A model generated the notes under the pieces. The model saw only the letters and a list, made by a program, of their open reading frames with translations, ran no database searches and was not told the DNA's origin. Of a stretch of 64,000 nucleotides of DNA, positions 22,941 through 36,712 are shown in pieces. The stretch's first letter is position 1, and every line of letters begins with the position of its first letter. The position numbers and the translations under genes were made by a program. Origin of the DNA: Podarcis erhardii (Eukaryota); the NCBI GenBank assembly GCA_964252035.1, contig OZ176201.1; one strand, written 5' to 3'.

Positions 22941-25099
22941 GTATGCTTGTGAAGGGTAAGCAGGGGGGAGGTTTTTCTTCTTCTCCTTTATCCTCAGTGC
23001 TGAATGGGAAATCGCCTATGGTGAAAGGTACATGGTGGTGGGCAGTTCTGAAGTATTTTAAGGCGTGGCTGGCCTAGCTACCAGTGTATGCAGTGTTCTT
23101 GTAGCATATGATACAAGATGTAGTATTCTCCTGACACTTTCTTTGTTCAGACACCAATAACTGGTGCGAAGCCTTCTTCCCACCAACCAGTGAGTGCTCA
23201 ATGAACAGTAGCAAGCAGAATTAGTGTCTCCTGTGATATGCCGCTGGTGGGGCAATGCAGCGGTGATTGTAATGGAGAATCAGTGGAATATGGTTCAATG
23301 GTCAGAGTTGGATGGAGCTATCCTGTCTTCTGTTCCTAACCCCAATTGACATTTCCCCCACTTCCAGATTCTCCTTGTTCTCCTCCATCTATAGCAGGGA
23401 TGGGGAAACCATGGCCTTCCAGGCATTGCTAAGATTACAACTCTCATCATGGTCAGTGGTCACTGTTTCGCCATTCTTGATCTATAGAAGCATGGTTGTT
23501 TTGGAATCTGTTACTGTGGCTTAGGTTTTCGATGTTAACGTTTTGCTCTTAATGGGTATTGTTATATATGTTATATATGTTATATAACATATATATATGT
23601 TATATATATATGTTGTGAAAATCAGGCAAAGTGTACGCTTTTAAATAAGACATAAATAGGATGGCGATGAATAATATCAGGTGACACTTGTGACCTGTGC
23701 AAGTTCATTGGCCAGTGCTGGTGAAGACAGGCATTCCAAAGAGGGGTTGGACTCAGATTCACCGCATTATGAGAGGGCTTTGTTTCCAGGACTGATGATA
23801 CATACTGAAATTTCGCTTAGAATGACTTTCTGTCGACTTACTACAACAGGCAGAGTAGTAGGAGTATATTTTTTTGGCTTGCATACCACTTTCTTTCTCT
23901 CCTGTGTTGACAGTGAATGTTTGATTCCCATTCTGGCCTGTTACACAGGATTCCTAGCAAATAGGATTCTGGAAGAAGATGAGGTTTGGTGTGTCGTGGA
24001 TTCCTCACCCCCCACCCGGTTGTGTTCACAGTTTTTAGCCACCCATCTTTTCACTTCCTTAAGACTGGTTGTTTATCATCCCTCTTCTCTTGACAGCTGC
24101 TATGACCTTCATTTAATAAGATTGTGTATATTAATGTTAACATGTCGGTTGGGCCAGGCTCCAAGTGCATTAGCAGGGATTGGCAGGTAATTCTATTTGA
24201 TATGTTCTATTTACCCATATACTGCAAGCCAGGCAGGCCTTGGTGGTGTTAATTACCAGAGTCTTAGCACAGTATCTCATCTATTTGGGTTTCAGTGTCT
24301 TATCTGTTGAAGGCTGGAAATTAGAGTAGTGCCTCTTGCACTCCCCAAAGCTAGTTGCTTCTTATTGCTGATTGGCATTGTGGGGCCCTGCGCTGCGTTT
24401 GCCAAGGCCTTCACTCTTTGGAAGCCCCCAGCCCACCACAAAATCTGATGGGAGAGAGCCTGCCTAATTAGTGTCTGCATCTTCTATAAAAAGAAGTAAT
24501 GACTAACACTGGAGATGGGAGGTGGGGGAATGACAGGGGAGTCTTACCGTCTCAAATCACGTAAGTTATATTACAGATTTCCAATGGAATAGTACTTAGC
24601 ATTTATACAGTGCTTTAGGGTGCTCAGGATGTTTCAAATACAGTGGCCGGATACTATTTATTTTATTATATTTTTATACCGCTTTTCAGACAAATTGTCT
24701 CTTCCAAAGCAGCTCTCATCAATTAAAGAGAGAGGGAAGAAGAGAGAGAGAGAGATGGGGAGCCTTCCATCAGGCTTCCAAACTTAAAAAAATAAATAAG
24801 AAGGAACACAAAGAAAAGGGAGGTGGAGGGAAAAGGTAGAGCAAGGGATATCATTTTGACAGTACTACAGCAAGGTGGTGAGTTGTAAATAGGCATTTAT
24901 TTGATTGTGGGTTGTGTTTATGAGATGACTCATAAACTAAATTCTCCAGGTGGCAAGCAGAGATTGAAAACACAACAATAAAACCACACTACAATAAAAC
25001 CCACAGTAAGATTAAGAGACATAAAAGCAAAGTACAAAACCAGCACAATAAAATGCCACAGACAGCACAGAACTAAAACAGCCATCAGATGCATGCACT

Positions 25100-25270
25100 A
25101 AAGCCACCATATGCCACAGGACTTAAAGTCTGATCTTAAAAGACCTGGGAGAATAAAAAAGTCTTAGCCTGGTGCTAAAAAGGCAGCAATGTCGGTGCCC
25201 GGCAAGCTACCCTAGGGAGAGTATTCCTTAGTCAAGGGCTGCCACCAGAAAGTCCCTCCTTTGTTTCTAC
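25100..25270 (-). mobile_element. L2 LINE fragment, decayed
   Basis: Recalled antisense L2 motifs (aataaaaaagtcttagcctggtgctaaaaagg; gggctgccacc). Confidence 0.45.
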
Positions 25271-25337
25271 CCTCCAAGCTTCACATTGAGAAGCTAAACA
25301 GAGAGGGGCATAACCAGAGAGAATATAGCCATTGTGA

Positions 25338-25466
25338 CTAGTAGCAATTGATAGCCTTGTCGTCCATGAATGTGTCTGAACCTCTTTTAAAGCCATCCAA
25401 GTTGGTGGCCATTACTACTTCCTGTGGGAACACATTCCGTAGTTTAAGTATTCACTGTGTGAAGAA
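25338..25466 (-). mobile_element. CR1 LINE ORF2 C-terminal fragment
   Basis: Minus translation FFTQ*ILKLRNVFPQEVVMATNLDGFKRGSDTFMDDKAINCY*. Confidence 0.85.
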
Positions 25467-28400
25467 CTGCATCTCTTCCTGGGTCACCAGCTCCTTTTAG
25501 ACAAGTGTATGATACTAGAATCCTAAATCTTGATTTAAGATATTCACACTGACTCCTGATTGCAAGGTATGAAGCTCTCAAGAACCAATTCTGACTGAAC
25601 CCTGTTATGTGAAGTGTGGGGCTGTCATGAAGAGGTTTGTGAACCTAAAACCATTATGTAGTGTCACAGCTACTAAATGGTGTTGATAACGTACATTTTG
25701 TTTACCTGTCAATTTTTTAGCACTTGCCAGCATTAGGTTTTAATGATACTCTCTGCATCATTAAATAATTAAAATTAAATTAAGAACTTGTCCCACTAAT
25801 TGTAAGTCCTGTGTAGGCAAATCAAGTAGTGTGCCTCTCCATTCCAAGTTTGGGGACTTAACATTGGTGCCTTTTCCAACTGTTGCTCTAGTTGAAGCCT
25901 TGAAGGCCATGCAGCCTTTGTAGGTGCTCCTCCAGACAATTGTTGATGACTTCCTGGTGCTTTCTAGATGTTGTTGGGCTCCAGCTCCCATTAGCCTTGA
26001 CCAGTGTAACCAATAGTAATGGGAGTTGGACCTAAACAGCACCAAAAGGGCACCACGTTGGCTACCCTTGCGATAAGATCAGCTTCAGTGCAGTGGAATG
26101 AATGATGGGCACAGCATGCACAAAGAAATAGAATATGTAACCTTTTCTCCTGGAAAATGTTAAACTGTATGGGTCATTAGTCTGGAACAGGTGGAGAACT
26201 TTCTGCTTGGCACTCTGATTCCTTCTACTCCAAGGGTTTCAGAAGAGCACCATTTGAGTTAAGACTAGAGCCATCGGATGTCCTGCTGAAATAATTTATC
26301 AGCTTGCATTTTGCTTTCACTATCTCTGTAGCACTGTTACTGTACAGAAGGCTTTACAATGTTCTAATCTCCTCAGAACGATAATACTATGCCAAATAAA
26401 CGAGTTTAGCCTTAATTTTACGGTGGCGAGTCAGTGCTCCATTATACCTTCCAGACTTGTCTTTTATCAACCTGGCATGATGCTATGTTCCAGAATCAAG
26501 CCCAAATGTAGTGCCTTTCTTTCTTAACACAGCTTGGGAAGCAAACCCATCATTCTAAGTAGCCGTGCTACCGATGTCAGTATTGCTTCACTTTTGAAAG
26601 CCTGATCTCAGAGACTCCTAATAGAAGTTTTGCTGCTGCACAAGAAGATGGAAGGTTGCTTCTGTGTGCTTTCAAAGCTCCAGTTTTAAGTGGTACATTC
26701 TCAGCTAGAATATATGCATTCAGGCACAGGAGGGCCATTTTGAAATGAAATGATCAAATGGCCAAACCGGTTAGTTGATGATTCATTATCTCATCTTTTG
26801 GGCACTGATATATCTTGTGTCCACTTCATTTGGCAGATCTGAAGGGTTTGTGCTCTGAAACCAATTAGCAAAAGAGTGCTGTTGTTTGTCAGGGATGGAG
26901 CTGGGGTGGGAGAGTGCCTGCTTCTGTGACTCTGTGTGTGAGTGTTTAAGGGGAGACGGTTCAAGAAAGAGCCAGATTTCCCTGCCAGCTCTGGTTCCCA
27001 AGTGCCTTGTTTAGCCGCGACCTCCCCACACAGTGTGTCAAGCAGTGTCAACTTTTTCCCAGAGTTGCTGCTCCCCAAACGTGTGGCCCTTGTCAGTTTT
27101 GCTGCAGTGGAGGGGAAATCTAACATACCACGGCAGCCTTTAACACTAATTTAACAATACCAAACAAACAGCCACAGCTCACCAAGTATCCCAGAGGAGC
27201 CCAATTTAGGAAAGAATGACTTGGGTTGCCTGCTGCAGCAGCTGCCTTAATGAGTTCTGATCCAGGACTTTAGCAGATGATAGGATTGAATTTAGGCGAG
27301 CAGCAAACCCCCAAAGCTCAAATCGGTTTGACTGTTGTATAAATTCTGAGGCATAGGATGTGATTGCCCTAGGCCTGCTTGTAAGTTAACTCGTGGAGCA
27401 GCCTGCAAGTCAGGGAGCGGAGAAAGGAGCCAGGGTTTGTGGGCTTTGGATGCCTAATCCAAGTTGGCTTTGGGCATGCTACAACCTCCTTGTGCCTTGG
27501 CTGCTGGTAATTCTCCAGCGTAGCCTCTTTTTGCTGCTTTGTTAATGAGACTTGGATGGTGTTTGTGAGGCAAGAGTCAGAGAATGAAAAATAAAGTGTT
27601 ATGTTTTAATGACTCATGTTGATGCCTTGGTCAGGTATGTTGAAGGAGATGTTCTTTACGTTTGCACTGCCCCCTGGGGCTGGAGGAAATAGCTCTCTGT
27701 TGGTTTCCTATTTCCCCTCTCCCAAGTCTGTCTGCTCCAAATGATGGCCCATATTGTAGAATGAAAGTTCCCCATTCTGGAGGCAAGGAGTGTCTGAGGA
27801 CCTGTGATTCTGAGAGTACAGGCCTAACATAAATTTTGCCTGTCTTTAGGGGGCGGCTACTGGAACAGCGTAGTGTTACAGAGGCTGAGATCTCCCCAGC
27901 TAGAAAAGAGTTGCATCATACATGAGCAGCCTTTTGCCATCTTATTATTGTAGCACACTCTGCATGCTGCTACCCTCCTTGACAAATATTCAGAAGAGAT
28001 GCCTGATACACAGTGAGATAGCATGGGGACTGCAGGACTGCTATGTATTTTCGCTCAAGTCTGTGGCCCTATTGTTAGACATGGTAAGGCTGCCTGCCTG
28101 AAGCAGCATAGTTTGGGGTAACATTAAAAGGCAGCCATTCCTGCCCACACCCCCAGTTATTTTATTAATATATTTTACCACCATCGGTAGTGGTGGCAGA
28201 GTTGCCATTTGGATTATCGGCCTCAGGCATGAATTTTGGGGGGGGCTGTTTCTCATTACGTTTATGTTTCAAGATCTCCATTGGTGCCTTACTAGTTATC
28301 CAGCAACAATAGAAGATACTGGCTTAGAACTAAGAAGTTTGGCCCACACATGCCTTAGAAATCTCTTTCCCATCTTATGACACATCTTTACTGTTAAAAT

Positions 28401-30187
28401 CAACACAGTCTGTGCCTTCCTAACAATGCAATCTGTGCAAGAGCGTGTAGTGAGGTAACTTTGTGGCTGCCTCATAATTATAGAAATCCCTGCTCCTGGA
28501 GGTTTGCCAGAGCCTGTGCATTATCTGTAGATAATATAAGGCTTTTCTGTTGGAAGCAGCAGTGGGAGGCCTGTAGTGGCTTTGTCTTGATGATATTTTG
28601 ATGCCTTCGGTCTATTTTTAAACATGAGATCCTTTCTGAACATTTGGAAGCTGGCAGGATGCAGATTTAAACAAATAGTGGGGATGTGTTCTCAGGCATG
28701 GTTGCTACTTCCCACCAGCTTAGAAAGTTTAGGCTGTATGCAGAGCCAGCAGGAACAGTGGGACCAGTAGCTTTAATGTTGACTGGTCAGGTAAGCAATC
28801 TGCAGTTGGTTTTGCTAGGCCTCTTTCAGTGCATCGACAATGACGATGCTGAGGCTTCTTTCTCCTGGAGCCCACTTCCCTTGGCTTGGGGTTGCCAGTG
28901 ACCCAGCACAGAGCTTTCCCCACCTGCATGCCCATTAATCGTCTTATCACTTGCAGGTGTGTGCTGAGCACCAGGGGGGCAGCAAAATGTTGTGTAAAAT
29001 TGCCCATAATTGCCTTGTTAGTGGCAATGGTGGGCCTGTGCCACACTGCTCATCCGTCATCACGCAGTGTGTGTCAAGCCACACCTGTCCGCTTTATTGG
29101 GAATCATCTTAACAAATGAGGCATATCGTGCTCACTGGGGCTCCCCTCCCTCCCCAGCTGGTGCTGTCAGAAACTTCACATGCTGGGATACACCAGAGTT
29201 GGTAGGGGAAGAGAGGATCCACTTTACAGGGGTTAACTGGTGTCTCCCTTGGTGGGGAAGGCTCTGGAGAGATTATGTTCCCTCCGCTAACTCACAGCAT
29301 GAAAGAAAAATAGCCTCTCTGCAAGTGTCCACTGCCCTTGCCAAGGATATTCAGAATGCAAAAAAAAGAAAAGAGGGGGGATGTTCTCTGCCATTCTGAA
29401 GGAGAGTCCATTGCTGAGACCATGAGCAAGCCATCCTACGGGGAAAAACTTTTACTGTTTGCATTTTCATATCACCATAACTGCAGAGTGAGCCAGAGTG
29501 AATCAACAGCTTACATACATTAGCCATTGTGATACCTTGGAGCCACCTGCTTGAATATTAGCAGAATCAACAGTCCAGCCATTCCAAACCTGTGGTTTAG
29601 GCGTCCTGAAGCTTATTCACAGGGGGATAGATGCATGGGTGTTATTTTCTTTTTACTGTGCTCCAGCACAATGAAACTCCCAGTGCTTTTCAGAAATGTA
29701 AAATGTATTTTCACCGTGTGCACGGCCCAGATGCCTTCTCTCCAGTTGCTGTGGTTGGAAGGGAATGACTGGGCCTCAGTCCTTCAGGGCAAAGCTGAAA
29801 TATTGCACTGGTTGTCCTTAATACTACTAAAGTTCTTAGCACCACGCAGGTGGTGAATAGTTGGTGTAAAACAATACCTGGTTTGTGTGGCAGTACTGTG
29901 GGGAGCAGAGAAGAGGATGTTGTGTCAACAGGTTGAGGTGGGAAAGGTGGATTATTATCACTGCTTGGAAGACAGCCACCTATTCAGAACACCTGTCTGG
30001 GTTTTAAGCATTTGCTATCTTCATTTTAGTTTATATGATTATTTTGTAACCTGCATGGAGCTGTAGATATTTAAATAAACCCTAGATATATAAATGTTGG
30101 GTGGGCTGCTGAGTTGTTATGGCATGCAGGCAAACTGTTGCCAATGGCCTAATGAATCCAATAACAGTCTGGTTTGTTTCTTCCTAG

Positions 30188-30339
30188 CTGACACCTGAAA
30201 CAGGCCCCCGGCAGGGCGGTACTCGCTTAACCATCACTGGAGAGAACCTGGGCTTGAAATTTGAGGACGTACGCTTGGGTGTGTGGGTTGGCAAAGTGAC
30301 GTGCATGCCCATCGAGAGCGAATACATCAGCGCTGAGCA
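30188..30339 (+). CDS. PLXNA1: PLXNA1 exon, IPT domain ([22 protein letters not shown]...EYISAEQ)
   Basis: ttcctag|CTG; GCA|gtgagt; 152 nt, phase 0/2; IPT motif PxxGPxxGGT. Confidence 0.95.
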
Positions 30340-30859
30340 GTGAGTAACCTCCAAAAGAGGGTTGGTAATGAAGGGATGGGCTGTGGGAATATCTCAGTAG
30401 TATATTGGTCCTCTGGTCTGCTGGACCAAGATAAAAGCCAAAGCTTTGCTAAAGAAAAGCTTTTGCTAAAGATGCTGCTTAGGGTTGATGAGGTCATATC
30501 TGTTTCTTATCCAGTCTGGTTTCAGGCTTAGTTTCAGGACCAGAAACAGCACTGGTGGATTATCTGTGCCAGAAACTAGTTGGGGAGTTTATCCCTGTTG
30601 GTTCTGCAGCATTTGATACCATGGAGAATTCCTGGGGTCCTTGGCTGGTATAGGCACTGGGAACATCATTTTATGGTGGAAGAAGTTCAGAAGGTAGTCT
30701 TGGGGGATGTGTTGCTCAGCCTCTTGGTTGTTGGCTTGTGGCTCTTTTTCACCCCCTCCTTTTTAAAAAATGCCTACATGAAGCTGTCAGGGTACGGCCT
30801 CATCTATACACTGATGATACCTAGCTCTATCTCTCCTTTTCAGCTAATCTGATGAAGTG

Positions 30860-31092
30860 GTGGAAATTTTGAAACGTCATCTGGATGCAGAGAAGGACTT
30901 GATGGGGACTAACAAGGCCTCAGTCCACATAAGACAGAGGTGCAATTGTTCAGTAGAGAAGCTAATTCAGGACTGAGAGTCCAACCAGTCTGAGATGGGG
31001 TTGCATTAGCTCTGAAGAATCAGGTTCACTATTTGGGAGTGTTCTTAGATGCAGCATTACTCCTGGAAGTTCAGGTGGCTACTGTGACCAGG
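30860..31092 (+). mobile_element. L2 LINE ORF2 fragment
   Basis: 30994-31092 translates DGVALALKNQVHYLGVFLDAALLLEVQVATVTR (L2 motif LGVxLD...V.AV.R). Confidence 0.75.
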
Positions 31093-31129
31093 TGGTCTAA
31101 ATGTCACTGCCAGCACATCGCGGGATGTG

Positions 31130-31330
31130 AAGGACCAGTGTGGTCTAGTCAAGAAGAGTTGAACTGGGACTGGGTTCAGCTCCCTGCTTACTTATGAAGC
31201 TCACTGGGTACCCACAGGAGTAACTGTATCTCTTGTCCTAACCTCCCCATATGGAGAAGTTGCGATAATATATAGGATGACAAGTGAACGAACACCTCGC
31301 TTGAGTTGTTTGGAGAAAAAAGATGGATGG
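31130..31330 (+). mobile_element. CORE-type (MIR/Ther1-like) SINE, decayed; related copies near 42980-43170 (+) and 45600-45810 (-)
   Basis: Motifs atgaagctcactgggt, gtgaccttgggtcag and cctaacctcc, recalled from CORE-SINE consensus sequences. Confidence 0.5.
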
Positions 31331-32357
31331 AAGAGTGGCTAGAAAGACCTAATGAATCTTTCTAGATAGCTTCTGTATTTGGTTGCACAAAATACTGGCA
31401 AAATGTCAGTATTTTGCAACATTTTATAAGAATGATTCATCTGACTTCATTAGTAAGAAATCTTTGGTGAATGGCTCTACATGACTGACTGGAAGAGTTA
31501 GTCTTCCAGTCTTTCATAGGCTTTCTTGAAGCTATGATTTTGGAAGATTTTAATTTTCTATCCTTAGTGGTGGTGGGTTCTTTTGCAGAGTTAGCATTAG
31601 CTAAAAGTCCCGCTCTGGATATTCTGAATGTATTTTCTGGCTTCTTAGCAAAGTCCTTGATGTGTGTTGGGAGATCTGCACTATCTAAAGCTGATCAATT
31701 CTGGCTAGCCAGCTGGAAGCAATAACTTCCTTTTCTCTCTGTATATCCTCCTTTGTTCTACTGTCTTAACAACTCAGGCTATTCCAATTTAAAAACATGT
31801 ATAAATTTACAGAGCAAGTTCAAAAAGCAAGAGGATTTAATAAGAGAAATCAATTTATGAACATGTGGGTGCCTTTCCTTTCATATGCAGATAGCAGTGA
31901 TTTCAAATACATGTGCTGGAGATGTGTAGGATTTTTTTCGCATTGTTTAATTTATGGATGGTGCATTAACACAACTGCAATAGGAGTAAGGGAGGAGGGA
32001 AAACAGGGGTTCTTTTCTGTTTCTCTTTGTATTTTGTTAAATTTTAATTGATTTCCTGCTGAGTTGAGTGTTACAGCACTCGTAATATTTTATATATTTT
32101 GCAGTTTTGATATGCCTATTGTTCAAAAGTCAATTTGATATGTGCTGAGAAATCACTTCCTGAAATTGTGAAATGGCATTTAATTAAAAAGCAACAGCAA
32201 CAGCCCAGGAAAATGTGACGACAAGTGCTTGTCCTTACTATAAATTAGAGCAAAAATAACTGGCTTCTTGGCCTGAGCAGGTGGCCTGAGAACTGCAGGC
32301 CAGCTCTGCTGAGACATTGCGTACATGTTACACAATCATTTACTGTGCCTTCCCTAG

Positions 32358-32478
32358 GATTGTCTGTGAGATTGGAGAAGCCAGCCCAAGCAAAATCCAA
32401 GAGGCCCCTGTGGAAGTTTGTGTCAGGGACTGCTCCCCCAGCTACAAGGCTATATCCCCAAAAAGCTTCACCTTTGTG
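32358..32478 (+). CDS. PLXNA1: PLXNA1 exon (IVCEIGEASP...SPKSFTFV)
   Basis: tccctag|G; GTG|gtaagg; 121 nt, phase 2/0. Confidence 0.95.
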
Positions 32479-32782
32479 GTAAGGATGTATTCTTTTCTAT
32501 CACCTTTCCTTACTTTGAATCCCACTTTCCTCCTATAATTAGTTTTATTTATCTAAATTTTGCAAGGCCACCTATGCGCTTGACTATCTGACCCACTTTT
32601 TATTATCAAGAGGTGTCCAGTATAGTGAAAGAATGTATTGTGGCCCTGTGGTGCACAAAATGGCTGAGGTCAGAGGAATTTTCCCAGCATTTCCCTTGCA
32701 GCATTCACTTGTATTGTTCCTTGTATTGGGCACCAAGGACACCTTCTGAACTCTGTAAACTTGCTGTGTTTCCCTTTGACAG

Positions 32783-32919
32783 ACTCCCACTTTCTTGCAA
32801 GTGTCACCAGCTCGGGGCCCTGTCTCTGGGGGCACCTGGATCAGCATAAAAGGAAAGCACCTTGATGCAGGAAGTGACATCACAGTAACCATTGGAGGGC
32901 AACAGTGCGCCTTTCCAAG
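32783..32919 (+). CDS. PLXNA1: PLXNA1 exon, IPT domain ([46 protein letters not shown])
   Basis: ccctttgacag|ACT; AAG|gtgagc; 137 nt, phase 0/2. Confidence 0.93.
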
Positions 32920-33977
32920 GTGAGCTTTCATGGGTGGAAACCATTGTGGAGTGGAGTACTCCAAACACACTGAGCAATGTGAACGAAGGGGATGCAAGGA
33001 TGTGTGTGCGAGAGAGTATGTATTCTAAAATAAGGTACCACTCTTAAGGAGCCAAGCAGAAACTCCTGTGTAAATTCTTTTCAAGGCTCATTTTTTTTAT
33101 ATTTTGGGGTTAAAAAGACCGAAGACTGTTGAATTTCTTTTCCCTCTAAAAAGCACAAATCCCTGAGCCATGAAGTGGATAATTTTTAGATTAGGGATGA
33201 TAATGGAGCGGCTCTTTAAATATTTTCGTGCAGTAATTACTGGTTATCAGCTCTAATCGCTGCTGTTTGCAGCAGCCGCACGATGGGGAACGCTCCGGAG
33301 TTGCGCTGGCTCTGCCGGCTGCCTTTGCTTTATTTTTCTTTTTGTGTTAACTGATAATTTTAGCATCACTTCCCCAAGTCAGGGAGAAATGGGGTACCAC
33401 ATGTAGAGGGTGGCACTTCACTCCTTTATTCCTTTGTGTCAGATGTGAACAGTTGGACTGATCCATGGGCTGAGAGCAAGGCTGGATTCTTTCAGAGTAG
33501 GCTCCATTGGGTTCTCTTCCACATTTTATTCATATATGAGCTCAGGGCTACGCCAACATGGGATTTGCATTGATGCAATCAATATCTCAGCTGTCCTTGG
33601 GCACTCCTCAGCTCCTGCTAGAATTTACAGGAAATGCTGTGTCTTAACCTTTAGGTAGACTTATTTTACCCTTTTGTAGATTAGCAGTCTCCCCTTCAGC
33701 TGAGCAGCTTTGGGAATCAGACATACAGTATGTGGCCCATGGTGCTTGTGGTGAGAAGGCATTGGCGCACTACACATATCTGTTTAATGGGGCAAATTTT
33801 TGCTGCCATGTAGTGTTAGTAGAGAGATCAAAAAGCTTGACACGGATTCCCAGGCAGAGTATCCAGCAAGTTTGTTGCTGAGATTGTGGCATGACATGGC
33901 AGCAGGAAGAATATTTGTTGGCCCTTCCTATAGCTAAAGATGTTGATTTTGTTTCCCTCTTTCTCTGTGTCTTACAG

Positions 33978-34145
33978 GAGAAATGCTGTTGAAATCCGGT
34001 GCAGGACACCACCTGGCCAAAGCTCAGGAGAGTCTCCCATCCTCATTCATATAAACCGGGCTATACTTAGCAGCCCTGAGGTGGCATATTTCTATACTGA
34101 TGACCCCACCATTCAGAAGATAGACCCCGAATGGAGCATCAACAG
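33978..34145 (+). CDS. PLXNA1: PLXNA1 exon ([15 protein letters not shown]...[15 protein letters not shown])
   Basis: cttacag|G; CAG|gtagca; 168 nt, phase 2/2. Confidence 0.94.
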
Positions 34146-34384
34146 GTAGCACTGAAGGGAATGGATTTGCACGATAAAAATAAAGAAAAGAATGTGCATA
34201 TTAGGAATATTGGTGGTTGTTCATCCATTTATTAGCAGCTTTTCCTCAGAACCCCACTTCCCAAAACCCACTGCAAGAGGTGGTGTGTGACATGCATAGC
34301 ACCCTATGTGCCGGCCTGTCAGTAGAGAATAAAACGCTGTTCCCATGTTCATTCTCCGTGTTCAGCCATAACAATAATAATGTT

Positions 34385-34460
34385 ATTATTTTTATTATTT
34401 TATTATTTATACCCCGCCCATCTGGCTGGGTTTCCCCAGCCACTCTGGGCAGCTAGCAGT
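34385..34460 (-). mobile_element. L2 3' terminus with (TTA)n tail
   Basis: tttataccccgcccatctggctgggtttccccagccactctgggc, recalled as a common lizard L2 end. Confidence 0.6.
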
Positions 34461-35962
34461 CTCTAACAGAGGTTAATGCCAACATTAAGCCAGTTAAATC
34501 ACATCCCTGCAAATGACACTTTTCCTAGACTCAATTGACAACAATGGAGGGGGGTGCTTCTTTGCCTTGCAGTGCTTCGCATGAGCCACACATAAGAACT
34601 GTGTCTGCTGGTGAGTTTTGTAAAGCTCATGAAGCAGCAGACCTTTGATTCTGATGCTGACTTTCTTCCATAGTAGAAATACGAAATGTAACAACCATAA
34701 GAGCTATAGCAGCAATTACCTGTTATTTGCAGTGTATACTTCAGTGATCTAAGGCCCAGGATCAAAAGAGTCAAAGCAGGACCCAGGAAATTTTCCTCTG
34801 CAGCTGGGTGCCATGTGGAAGTCCAAAATGAAAACTGGAAGGAGCATGACTCTTTCAGAATGGAATTTGAGATCAGCTAATGCCACTGAATGTGTGTTTG
34901 AAAATGTGTATTATGGTTATTTTAAAGTGGTTCTAGTTGCGTAAGGGAAGAAAGTAAGCTCTGGTTCAATAGGTTAGGTCAGTGCAGAAGATGTGTTTGG
35001 TATGACATAAAGTAGTAGGCTAGTGCTGCCTGACACCACTTGCTAATTGTATATTTTTCCTCTGTTTTGGTGATTTTGATTAAAGTCTATGTGTTGCTCT
35101 ACATGGTAAGTGATGACATCTGTGTGCATAGCATAGTTAGATGTGATGTAAGAAGATCTGTGATGTCAGGAGGGTCTCCTTTATTCTCAAGGTTAAAGGA
35201 ACTGTGATGGCGATGGATTAGATTGGTGTCATGGTGCTTGGAAGTAGTGGTAACACTGCAGCATTTTACCTTCTGAGTGACTGTTTTCTCCTAGGGAGAA
35301 AAATAAACTTTTTTTTTGGTGTGTGGGGGGGGGGTCAATTTGAAAAAATACATGTGAAGAAAGGGTCGGCCCCCACCTCCAGGCAAGTGCCGTGACTCCA
35401 TTTCAAGGGTCTCTGTAGCTGCTTTTTTCTCAAAACAGCTGTAAGATCTTATTATGGATCTCCCAATGTCATGTCCCTTTGAAATGGTCCTCGGAAATAT
35501 TAGCCTTAAAAAACAGCCTACATTGTCATCTTCATAGAATTGTAGAATTGGAAGGGACCCAAAAGAAGCACAGCTAATAGACAGAAAACAGCTCTTGTTG
35601 TACGATGCATCTCTTGTAGTCCTGGCTGTTCTGAACACGAATGCAGAAGTGGTAGTCTGGCACAGAAGATGCTGGTAGTCCTAGTATTCTTTTAGACTGG
35701 CTTAAGGTCTAAGTGTGCCAGTAGGGCTTCTTGGTTGGGTGCACCCTGGAGATGAGTGGAATCCAGAAAGCTTTCTCATTTTCACCACTTGCTCTCTAAA
35801 ATTAATCTTGTAGTTTGGTTTCCCCCAGCCTGAACATAAGGTAAGAGAGACCATGCAGCTTTTAAAATAACAGAGTAGAAGTGACACCCTTGTTCAGTTC
35901 ATGCTGCTTGTTCCCACCCCACTGCAGTTTTTGTCTAACCCCAACTTTTGCTTGCTTTCTAG

Positions 35963-36056
35963 TGGTGGTACACTGTTGACTGTGACAGGCACCAATCTGG
36001 CCACTATCAAAGAACCCAGGATCCGAGCCAAGTATGGCTCTGCTGAGAGTGAGAAT
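35963..36056 (+). CDS. PLXNA1: PLXNA1 exon ([31 protein letters not shown])
   Basis: gctttctag|T; AAT|gtaagt; 94 nt, phase 2/0. Confidence 0.94.
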
Positions 36057-36475
36057 GTAAGTAAATCTTTGACTTAAGGGAGTCATTTTTAAAAGGAATT
36101 AGAAGTCACATGGCAGCCATGATTGCCCACACTAATTCTTTTGTCCAGATGTGGTGTTAGACTCCAAGTCCCATCAGACCCAACCAGCATAGCCAATGGC
36201 CAGGGATGATGGAAGTTGTGGTCTAGCCGCATCTGGTGGCCACAAGTTTCCCATCCCTAGCATAGATGGATAATGTCAAAGTGCCTTCAGTCTGAACCTC
36301 CTACCTAAGCCAGCACTTCTCACCACGTATTATTATGCTGCTACCTCAATGAAGGGGAAAGGTACAGACAACCTTCTGGGAATTAATTATACTTGAACTT
36401 GCTGTGTGTGTGTGTTGAGTCAGATGAAACCAACGAAAGGCAGTGGGTTAAATCTAGTGGTTTCTTCCTTTCTAG

Positions 36476-36712
36476 AACTGCACAGTCTACAACGACACCA
36501 CCATGGTGTGCTATGCTCCCTCCATTGACAACCCAGTCCGGAGTCCTCCAGAGTTTGGTGATCGCCCAGATGAAATAGGTTTTGTCATGGATAATGTCCA
36601 GGCCTTGCTGATCATCAACAAAACCAGCTTTGTCTATTACCCAGACCCTGTGTTTGAGTCTCTCCCCTCTGGAATGCTGGAGCTCAAGCCAAGCTCTCCA
36701 CTCATCCTCAAG
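36476..36712 (+). CDS. PLXNA1: PLXNA1 exon ([16 protein letters not shown]...[11 protein letters not shown])
   Basis: cctttctag|AAC; AAG|gtaatg; 237 nt, phase 0/0. Confidence 0.95.

Noticed and set aside
23681-24190. 169-aa + strand ORF
   Set aside because: No recognisable domain, TTG/GTG-type or weak start context, and intronic; the length is within chance expectation for six frames of 64 kb.
30284-30286. Trp codon (LGVWVGK) where human PLXNA1 has Arg, a possible CpG transition
   Set aside because: As I recall this position varies among mammalian orthologues, so it is not evidence of a damaging variant.
30440-30472. Short tandem duplication aaagctttgctaaaga / aaagcttttgctaaaga
   Set aside because: Ordinary slippage duplication.
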